Assembly (NCBI GenBank): GCA_027038505.1
Contig: JALVWC010000009.1
Coordinates: 1 to 32,000, forward strand
From: Nanobdellati archaeon
GTDB lineage: Archaea; EX4484-52; WAPT01
Length of the DNA: 32,000 nucleotides
Reading direction: 5' to 3'
Of this stretch, positions 25,401-31,125 are shown piece by piece; the stretch's first letter is position 1; every line of letters begins with the position of its first letter. The notes under the pieces were generated by a model. The model ran no database searches, was not told the origin of the DNA, and saw only the letters and a program-made list of their open reading frames with translations. Made by a program: the position numbers and the translations under genes.

Positions 25401-26757
25401 CGAATGCCCCGGCCAAAAAGGTGATGTTTACTGATCCACCGCTACGGGTCGCGTTAACTATCCACGGGGATGTGAAAGGTGCAGAGGCCGTTATCCTGCA
25501 GACACCAGCATCGCAAGAGAGCAACCGCTCACGGTTCTGAACCGTCACATTTATCCTGTCCTCCCACCAGATGGGTTCACCAATAGGGATTGTGGAGTTA
25601 AGCTGCCTCCTTTCGACCAGAGAAACACCATAATTTCTGTTTCTCAGATGTTCAGATGGAATTTTGAAGTCCTTCCCCTCAAGTACGAGGGACGATGCTA
25701 AGTAATCCAGGAAGTTCGAATTGACTCCGGGCTGTGTGGCCTTCATTAGCATGATGTAGTTCCTGAAGTGTTCGGAGGATTCAAGGAAAGAAGATCCTGT
25801 AAATAAATCAGAGAAGAATAAATTGAAAATGCTCTCCAGCCCCGCAATCTTTGAGGAGTGGAGCCCGAGATAATCCGCGCCTTCCTTTGCAAAAACAACG
25901 GGCGGTGAGGAAGCAAAACTTATGTATGGGTTTGCACCAAGGTCATAAGGACTAGAAGAGTTTCCAGCGAACCTTCCTGAATAAGAGGCAAGTACTGCAA
26001 AAAACGAAGATTTTAGATTTATTACTCCGCCTTCACTCGCATACCAACCGGTGGAGTTGATGATGATCGACGTTCCGTTGGCCATTGGAATTAGATTGCC
26101 CGCCGAGGTGTTGGAACACAACACAAGCCAGCGAAAACCCTGTGAAACGGTTTTTACGGTGAACTTAGGCGCGGTGGCGTTTTCCAATGCGTCATAAGAA
26201 GAGGATGCGTAGAGAGAATGTATGAAACCACCCAACGGTGTGCAGCTTTCCGGCACACACGAAATATAGAGCTTTGATGGGTCAAAAACCGTTACATTCC
26301 TCGTGAAAAAATCAACTGCTGTAGAGTTTGTAACGGCGGTTATGATCCCGTAAGGGAAGTCAAGAAACGGGTCGTTATCAATCGAGGACAGGTTTGTGAA
26401 GATATTTTCCAAAAATGACGGAGTGAGGTTCGATGGCTGAATAACGATATAGATGGGTGTGTGCTCAGAAAAGTTGGATAGTTGATCTTTGAGTTGCGTC
26501 ATATCCGTGCAGTTGAACTCCACGAGGTAAAAAGAAGAAAGATTGGATATTGTTTTAGCAACTTGATAAAATGAAGAATTGTAACACGAAGTACCAGGTG
26601 CAGGTGTGAGAATGATCCCTACGTTTTCTCCGGACACCAATGACGGGAAGCAAATCACACCGCTTATGAAGAGCAGGATAGTGACCGCTATCCGCTGTGC
26701 CGTGAGAATTCTTTCTTTATTTTCAATACCCTCGCACCTTCCACACCGCTCGCCCAT
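22477..26757 (-). CDS. Giant (1426 aa) sequon-rich surface protein (N-glycosylation inferred) with a C-terminal coiled-coil stalk and TM anchor (S-layer/adhesin-like)
   Basis: It has an N-terminal signal/TM (IAVTILLFISGVICFPSLVSG). I count about 55-60 N-x-S/T sequons by eye. It also has a Cys knot (CKSNDDCETGEHCSNGFCEPLKCG), a CARDB/NEW3-like beta-sandwich segment, a heptad-rich stalk, a TM helix (IITILTILGIGAGIFYYLWI) and a basic tail. Confidence 0.8.
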   Translation of the reverse strand: MGERCGRCEGIENKERILTAQRIAVTILLFISGVICFPSLVSGENVGIILTPAPGTSCYNSSFYQVAKTISNLSSFYLVEFNCTDMTQLKDQLSNFSEHTPIYIVIQPSNLTPSFLENIFTNLSSIDNDPFLDFPYGIITAVTNSTAVDFFTRNVTVFDPSKLYISCVPESCTPLGGFIHSLYASSSYDALENATAPKFTVKTVSQGFRWLVLCSNTSAGNLIPMANGTSIIINSTGWYASEGGVINLKSSFFAVLASYSGRFAGNSSSPYDLGANPYISFASSPPVVFAKEGADYLGLHSSKIAGLESIFNLFFSDLFTGSSFLESSEHFRNYIMLMKATQPGVNSNFLDYLASSLVLEGKDFKIPSEHLRNRNYGVSLVERRQLNSTIPIGEPIWWEDRINVTVQNRERLLSCDAGVCRITASAPFTSPWIVNATRSGGSVNITFLAGAFGHFVPQSSTINIIEANSTADNTTMKAFIMTSNETTYDVVGNTSLVTKNFVIGKNNNTVYFAELYSPNETLQTTSHVLDLVYITAGISMKTSGAECMGNRTEVKIDLENPTSSTVENVTFNYTLPELSTFMNISGGSATPTNNTLNVALANLDPGEKVLTIIYTSNLSLRDHAFSRTSRVYNRGENVSFNASFKINADLLQPLNFTVRAMAISPSGTIFWKNTTTYSSSQWINLSYTLTVGENHPDGRNLLIIEIYDNATGLPLLNYSFEFNTTSKLKLISVGGVDNVVTFNKTSHIQNLSKEWFFNMTDSIFLTGTVNNFNNESIVGAMVNISLIRGENGALIASTSTNTTSGGIYNATLSWQTDYAGEANLKICAHDNFNNSACYTRKIYITTFIENSSASFNITRSNHGLYIFNDEDKIFVIVDAWGGNKTPVYGADVKLEAPSVTTSGSVTSATTDSDGEATLVLIPWSESGTYTLNISITDPLNTSKKYYHTLTFTILDIKRWKYNGNSRTIIYKQEPSTALVDHAVELYGNITLNGGNPKWIVSRTINHIKLMAGGSDVTKLSSCRIADYPSSSDPTFRIKCVPKVKEEHCLYLNVSANYDGRVIYEYNIPYCFNVKENTTTSKPAQHPSKQRNKGIIKTCKSNDDCETGEHCSNGFCEPLKCGADEVIYDHMCVRPNELYKLELVVPKLLIKRNSKSTYTITVKNEGMKPLRYVSIHISSKALNFNGWYVFRGSNTVSVLSPHTSHNFTVEFRALPSMAIGEYPLVIKAISKDGATAMVSTNLKVVPNEEDVQKLKHSFETIKANLTKLREDIIELLKSRNTTELRIAKLKVEKAMEIFNASVQLFQKGDYFSAYQKMKEVTRLLESANDLYIKEKEAHEKAQKFKRTIITILTILGIGAGIFYYLWIPPKVEVRPVYSYSGDRGRIEIFEKIEDTVRKFKESIKKWISKKKGEKPRYNYHRRRRWRF

Positions 26758-26807
26758 AATGATACCTCACACTACAAACGGAATTTTACATTCATTGTAG
26801 TTTCAAC

Positions 26808-26815
26808 TATTTAAA
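26808..26815 (-). promoter_or_regulatory. TATA box for the giant surface-protein operon
   Basis: The minus strand reads TTTAAATA. It predicts a 5' UTR of about 28 nt carrying the SD-like GAGGT (26764-26768), 6-7 nt before the ATG at 26757. Confidence 0.45.
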
Positions 26816-27071
26816 TATGTTGAGATAGTCTATTAAAGGTATATTGGAAAAAATTTCCCAAAAAATATGAAAATAAAAAAATTAAGGAGCAGGGGAAATC
26901 AGTTGGGCTGGGTATATCTTGTTCAGAATTTTCCTTTCCTTTTTGCTCAGCCGCCTTTTGATTATTGATGTATGCCCTGTTTATGGTCAGTGGAACCTCT
27001 TTTATCTCTCTTGATTCCCCCCTCAGTGCCAGAAAGACTTCCTCAACAGCATTGGAAGTTCTGGACCTCAT
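26811..27071 (-). CDS. Possible small protein (86 aa), function unknown
   Basis: It has an ATGA start/stop overlap with the upstream Zn-ribbon ORF. The first 60 aa are charged and plausible. The last 25 aa run through the AT-rich promoter region and may be read-through noise. Confidence 0.3.
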   Translation of the reverse strand: MRSRTSNAVEEVFLALRGESREIKEVPLTINRAYINNQKAAEQKGKENSEQDIPSPTDFPCSLIFLFSYFLGNFFQYTFNRLSQHI

Positions 27072-27226
27072 GGCTTCATCCTCCAGAAAGAAACCATGGG
27101 CACTTCATATATTTTGCCGCATTTTTCGCATGCGGCGGGCACTATCGCTGCCTCCTTTATTTCGCACTCCGCTCTTATCACTCCTCCACACGTACATATA
27201 CCTACTATTTTCCCGTTTCTCCCCAT
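27068..27226 (-). CDS. Small zinc-ribbon-like protein (52 aa; may extend upstream)
   Basis: The sequence is MGRNGKIVGICTCGGVIRAECEIKEAAIVPAACEKCGKIYEVPMVSFWRMKP, with CxC ... CxxC. A perfect SD GGAGGTG (27234-27240) lies 7 nt upstream of ATG 27226. In-frame upstream ATGs at 27265 and 27295 would add a further CERRC pair. Confidence 0.5.
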   Translation of the reverse strand: MGRNGKIVGICTCGGVIRAECEIKEAAIVPAACEKCGKIYEVPMVSFWRMKP

Positions 27227-27459
27227 TTCTATACACCTCCTTTCACACCTCCTTCCTGCTCGCATCCCGCCCGCTGCACCATGGCAGACGGGCATCGGGA
27301 GCGAGAGGAAAGCCAGAAAGTAGAGATAGTCTATTTGATTGAGACAGAACAAGTCGATACGTACAGCTACATTATAGATCCCCTATGTCCCGAAACACGG
27401 GACCATTCTGTATTAGCGGGCTTTCCTCTGTTGAGATACTTACTCTCACCTCCTACAGA

Positions 27460-27467
27460 TTTTTAAA
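27460..27467 (+). promoter_or_regulatory. TATA box for the coiled-coil/ATPase operon
   Basis: TTTTTAAA. It predicts a TSS near 27490 and a short leader with the SD-like AGGTGGTG (27509-27516). Confidence 0.45.
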
Positions 27468-27518
27468 CGTTCTTTCACCAAATTACCGTAAGCTGGGACA
27501 GCTGAGACAGGTGGTGGT

Positions 27519-28070
27519 GTGGAGGAGCGGTACTACCGCACAGAGAGGCACGAGCCGGAAAAGATCTACAGGGAAATGTTCAAAGAGGAAGATGCTCTCT
27601 TTTCCCCTGCAAACGTGTGGAGGGAAAGAGAACAAGCAGGAGAAAATGTAGTTGTTAGGAGGGACGTGCACGTACACCCGACAAGACTGGAGGCCGAAAC
27701 GACAGAAGACATTGATGAATTAAAGCTCAAAGTAGAAGAAGTTGTCGGGACAATACGGGAAAGATGCAAGTTTTTGGAGAAAAGAATAAAAGATCTGAGA
27801 GATGCGCTGGAAAGGAGAAAAAGAATTCACGAGCAGATTGTTGAGGACATAAAGGCCGAGATAGCGGAGAAAGAAATGCTGATGGCAAAGATGACAAATC
27901 CTGAAGACATAAGGGACGTTATGGCCGATATTTCCGCTTTGAAATCTCAGCTGAGGAGAGAGGAGGTGAGCTACTGGAGAGATACGACTACCATAACAAA
28001 CGAACTTAACGTGCTGGAGGAGCAGTATACGATAATTTCAAAAATAAACAAAGTACTCGTTGGTGAGTAA
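27519..28070 (+). CDS. Coiled-coil protein, function unknown
   Basis: 183 aa if GTG 27519 is the start (the first ATG is at 27576). Residues from about 65 to 180 are heptad-rich (ELKLKVEEVVGTIRERCKFLEKRIKDLRDALERRKRIHEQIVEDIKAEIAEKEMLMAK...). The stop lies 1 nt before the next ATG. Confidence 0.65.
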   Translation: MEERYYRTERHEPEKIYREMFKEEDALFSPANVWREREQAGENVVVRRDVHVHPTRLEAETTEDIDELKLKVEEVVGTIRERCKFLEKRIKDLRDALERRKRIHEQIVEDIKAEIAEKEMLMAKMTNPEDIRDVMADISALKSQLRREEVSYWRDTTTITNELNVLEEQYTIISKINKVLVGE

Positions 28071-28071
28071 A

Positions 28072-30180
28072 ATGGTGGGCGCAGCAACAACCTTTTTAAG
28101 GGAGGTCAAGAAGCTCGCACCCGTTTTGGGCAGGGACGAAGTTGTGGAGCTTGAGGTTCTCTATCTTTCGGGAGATGATAAAACCCGAAGCTTTCTGGAA
28201 GACCTCGTGGATGCCATAAAAGCTGCAATGCTTTCCCTCATGCCCGAAAAAGACCTCGTGATTTTTGAGCCTCCCCCGAAGGAGGTTGCTGAAGCGGGAG
28301 ATATTTATATGGGGGATGTCCTCTACGGAGGCATAAAGCTGTCGTCATTTCTTTTGCCAATGGATGTGCTTCTCCACCACCTGGGTATCTTTGGCTCAAC
28401 AGGTTACGGGAAGACAACTCTGGTACAGCACCTGGTTCTGGAGCTCGCGAAGAAAAATGTGCCCGTGGTGATCTTTGACTTCTCCAAAAGGAATTACAGG
28501 GATCTTCTCCAGCTCCGCGAAGTCAGGGAGAAGATGCGTATATATACCGTGGGAAGACATGTGTCGCCTTTCTACTTTAACCCCGTGATGTCTCCGGAGA
28601 ACGTTCCGTTTTCCCAGTGGAGTAAAGAATTTGCAGAGATCTTTGACCATGCTTACTGGATGATGGGAGGCGGAAGGTATATTGTTCTGAGAGCTCTTGA
28701 TGAAATAGAGTCCATGAACCCACAACAGCAAATAAAGTTGAAGGACATAAGAACGTGGATTTATGCGAATGAGGATGCTTTTACGTCCGCCAGGGAGAGG
28801 AACTGGGCCGCGACGGCTAAGAGGGCGCTTGATTCACTCTGCTACAGGGAGATAGGCGAAGCATTTAACCCCAAGAGAAGCGTTAACCCCGCTGAGCTTT
28901 TTTTCCAGCCGTGCGTGACGGTGCTGGAGCTTGATGCGCTCTCCTCCAACGACAGAACGTTTTTCATAGAGGTAATGCTGCAGTGGCTGAGGGACTGGTT
29001 GCTTGTGAACAGTAAAAAGGAAGAGCTGAATGCTGTTATTGTTGTGGAGGAAGCCCATCACATCCTGAACAGGGAGAAAACCAAAAAACTGGGAACAGAA
29101 ACCGTTACGGATGTCATTTTCAGGGAGATCAGGGAGCTGGGTGTTGGAATAGTCTATACGGATCAGCACCCTTCCCTCATGTCATACACCGCTTTAGGGA
29201 ACACTTCAACGCAAATATATATGAACCTCGGACTTGAAACGAAACACGCAAGTGATGTTGATGATGCTGCCTGCATGCTCAACCTCGCGGGAGAGGAGGA
29301 GAAGGACTTTCTGAGGAGGCTGAAGGTGGGTGAAGGCCTTGTTTTCTGTAGAAAAATCGAGTTTACCAAACCTTTCTACATGAGGTTCCCGAAGGTGGAG
29401 ATAGAAAAGGGGAAAGTGGGAGATGATGATGTAAGGGATTTCATGGAAAGCAGTGGGTTTTTGCTTACCTCTGGGTCTGAAATAGATGATGCATCGAAAG
29501 CCGACAAGACAAAAGAGAAATGCGGGAAAGCAATAAAGGAAAAGGAAGGAGAACACACATCCTTTCCTATAGAGATCGCGGAAAAGCTAAAGGAAAAATT
29601 CAACACAAGACAGATAGCCATGTTGAAGAAACTAGTTAGATTTGAGGCTGCAAAGGCATCGGACCTTTACAAGAATATGGGGATGTCGGGTACCACCTTC
29701 AAAAGACTAATGAGAGATCTTGTGGAGGAGGGGGTGGTGGACTTTGAGGAAGTGACCCTCAACGGTCAGAATGCTCACATTTACTTCGTAAGGAAGAGCT
29801 GGATTCCCGCATTGAGAGTTTTTGTTAGAGAGGACGAAGCCGAAAGCATAACGGGTATTGATGTGTTTGAAAAGTTTATTGAAAAGATGAGAAGTAGGGG
29901 GTGGTGTGTCGCAGAGTCCTCCACAAAAATGATCGTTGTCGAAAAGGACGGCAAAAAGATTTTCTTGTTGCTAGATACAGGCGAGGATTCTGTTCGAGAA
30001 TTTCTGACAAAGTCGGGCGAATTTGGGTTTGTGCTCGTTGCGAACAGAAAAAATCTTAATCAATTTCTGCAGAATTTGGCAAGAATCAAGAAAAAAGATA
30101 ACATTCGTGGTTTTCTCTTCCGCGTGGGAACTATAGAAAACATGATGATGGGTAAAAGATTGGCTTCTGTTGAAATATAG
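28072..30180 (+). CDS. HerA/FtsK-superfamily (DUF87-like) ATPase with a C-terminal wHTH-containing extension
   Basis: Walker A is GSTGYGKTT (28393-28419). IFDFSKRNY is present. Walker B is VIVVEEAHH (29035-29061). YTDQHPS is present. The C-terminal 240 aa or so hold an acidic/lysine linker, a wHTH (LYKNMGMSGTTFKRLMRDLVEEGVV) and an alpha/beta tail. ATG 28072 is preceded by GGTGAG. Confidence 0.8.
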   Translation: MVGAATTFLREVKKLAPVLGRDEVVELEVLYLSGDDKTRSFLEDLVDAIKAAMLSLMPEKDLVIFEPPPKEVAEAGDIYMGDVLYGGIKLSSFLLPMDVLLHHLGIFGSTGYGKTTLVQHLVLELAKKNVPVVIFDFSKRNYRDLLQLREVREKMRIYTVGRHVSPFYFNPVMSPENVPFSQWSKEFAEIFDHAYWMMGGGRYIVLRALDEIESMNPQQQIKLKDIRTWIYANEDAFTSARERNWAATAKRALDSLCYREIGEAFNPKRSVNPAELFFQPCVTVLELDALSSNDRTFFIEVMLQWLRDWLLVNSKKEELNAVIVVEEAHHILNREKTKKLGTETVTDVIFREIRELGVGIVYTDQHPSLMSYTALGNTSTQIYMNLGLETKHASDVDDAACMLNLAGEEEKDFLRRLKVGEGLVFCRKIEFTKPFYMRFPKVEIEKGKVGDDDVRDFMESSGFLLTSGSEIDDASKADKTKEKCGKAIKEKEGEHTSFPIEIAEKLKEKFNTRQIAMLKKLVRFEAAKASDLYKNMGMSGTTFKRLMRDLVEEGVVDFEEVTLNGQNAHIYFVRKSWIPALRVFVREDEAESITGIDVFEKFIEKMRSRGWCVAESSTKMIVVEKDGKKIFLLLDTGEDSVREFLTKSGEFGFVLVANRKNLNQFLQNLARIKKKDNIRGFLFRVGTIENMMMGKRLASVEI

Positions 30181-30275
30181 AGCATGAGGTCTGCGAGCAT
30201 ATGAAAGTAATCTTTTTAAATTTTCATAAATATTAAAATGTTATCATTAATTGGTGGTTAAATAGGTGGTGTGAA

Positions 30276-30512
30276 ATGGTGAGGAGAAGGGCTCTTTTGA
30301 TAGAGGCAAACTGTTTCGATGAGAATTACGACATAGTGAAGCACAAAATTCTTCTCCCACACCCGATAGCGGGTGCGGTAAAAATCAGGAATGAAAAGAT
30401 CACCTGCAAGCTCATGATAAACAACAATGGCGTGGAGATTCTGGTTGTGGATGAAGAGGGACACATGGAAAGGTGGAGGAGCGAGAATATAAAAGTACAT
30501 GAACGATTATGA
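30276..30512 (+). CDS. Small hypothetical protein (78 aa)
   Basis: An SD-like AGGTGGTG lies 5 nt upstream of the ATG. I recognise no family. Confidence 0.45.
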   Translation: MVRRRALLIEANCFDENYDIVKHKILLPHPIAGAVKIRNEKITCKLMINNNGVEILVVDEEGHMERWRSENIKVHERL

Positions 30513-30546
30513 GTTTCCACCAACCACGTTGCAACGCGCTAAACAT

Positions 30547-30623
30547 TGGTGGGGCCGCCCGGATTTGAACCGGGGTTGCCGGCGCCCCGGGCCGGAGTGA
30601 TGACCAAGCTACACTACGGCCCC
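30547..30623 (-). tRNA. tRNA-Pro (anticodon GGG), 3' CCA encoded
   Basis: The minus strand reads GGGGCCG UA GUGU AGCUUGGUCA UCAC U CCGGC CCGGGGC GCCGG CAAC CCCGG UUCAAAU CCGGG CGGCCCC A CCA. It forms a cloverleaf with G37 as expected for Pro. Position 33 reads C. Confidence 0.85.
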
Positions 30624-30661
30624 TAGGAAAACATAACATACGCTTTTCACAACGAAATTTT

Positions 30662-30669
30662 TATATATA
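30662..30669. promoter_or_regulatory. TATA box TATATATA for the pilin-like gene (possibly also serving tRNA-Pro)
   Basis: It is centred 26.5 nt upstream of ATG 30692. It lies about 42 nt from the tRNA-Pro 5' end, so it would serve the tRNA only if a leader is made. Confidence 0.5.
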
Positions 30670-30691
30670 ATCTAAGACAAAAAGAATACCC

Positions 30692-31006
30692 ATGAAAAAG
30701 AAAGGTCTCTCAATGCCGGTAACGCTTATTATAACCATTGTGGTTGTGATAGCTGTGGCTATGGTGGTTATGGCACTCTTCGGACGATCATCCACGAGAT
30801 TTGGAGAAAGTACGAGTGCTGTGGGAGACCCAGCCACATGTGCATCATGCATAGTGAGTTATTGTTTGCAACACCCCGATAACACATACATACAGGACAT
30901 CACAGGGCCTGACGAGCCATGTGGAGACCAGTGTAGTGGGGTTACTTGTGGAGATGTGACCTGCAAGGAGATACTCCACGGAACATCGCCGGGATGTTAT
31001 AAGTAA
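30692..31006 (+). CDS. Type IV pilin-like protein (class III signal peptide) with a Cys-rich C-terminal domain
   Basis: MKKKG/LSMPVTLIITIVVVIAVAMVVMALF has a basic N-terminus, a KG-LS prepilin-peptidase-type site and a hydrophobic helix. The remaining 70 aa contain 8 Cys. Confidence 0.6.
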   Translation: MKKKGLSMPVTLIITIVVVIAVAMVVMALFGRSSTRFGESTSAVGDPATCASCIVSYCLQHPDNTYIQDITGPDEPCGDQCSGVTCGDVTCKEILHGTSPGCYK

Positions 31007-31067
31007 AGTCTCAAATACGTTATGATCATAGGTAGGGTGTATATTATCTTATTCTTGAAACACATAA

Positions 31068-31084
31068 TTTGTTTTTTGTTCTTT
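31068..31084 (+). terminator. Oligo-T terminator
   Basis: TTTGTTTTTTGTTCTTT lies downstream of the pilin-like gene. Confidence 0.5.
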
Positions 31085-31092
31085 GGATAAAC

Positions 31093-31100
31093 TTTTATAT
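31093..31100 (+). promoter_or_regulatory. TATA box for apgM
   Basis: TTTTATAT is centred about 29 nt upstream of ATG 31126. Confidence 0.5.
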
Positions 31101-31125
31101 TTTCCTAAAGTTATTATAGTTCATT

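Noticed and set aside
27227-27352. N-terminal extension of the Zn-ribbon ORF to the ORF-track TTG start (94 aa).
   Set aside because: The first 20 residues or so (MFCLNQIDYLYFLAFLSL) look like noise and TTG 27352 has no signals. The in-frame ATGs at 27265 and 27295, which would add a CERRC pair, remain possible and are noted in the feature.
26965-27466. Plus-strand ORFs of 125 aa, 164 aa and 75 aa.
   Set aside because: Their Pro/Ser/Leu/His-rich translations are low-complexity, with no SD or TATA. They are antisense to the Zn-ribbon ORF, which has a perfect GGAGGTG SD.
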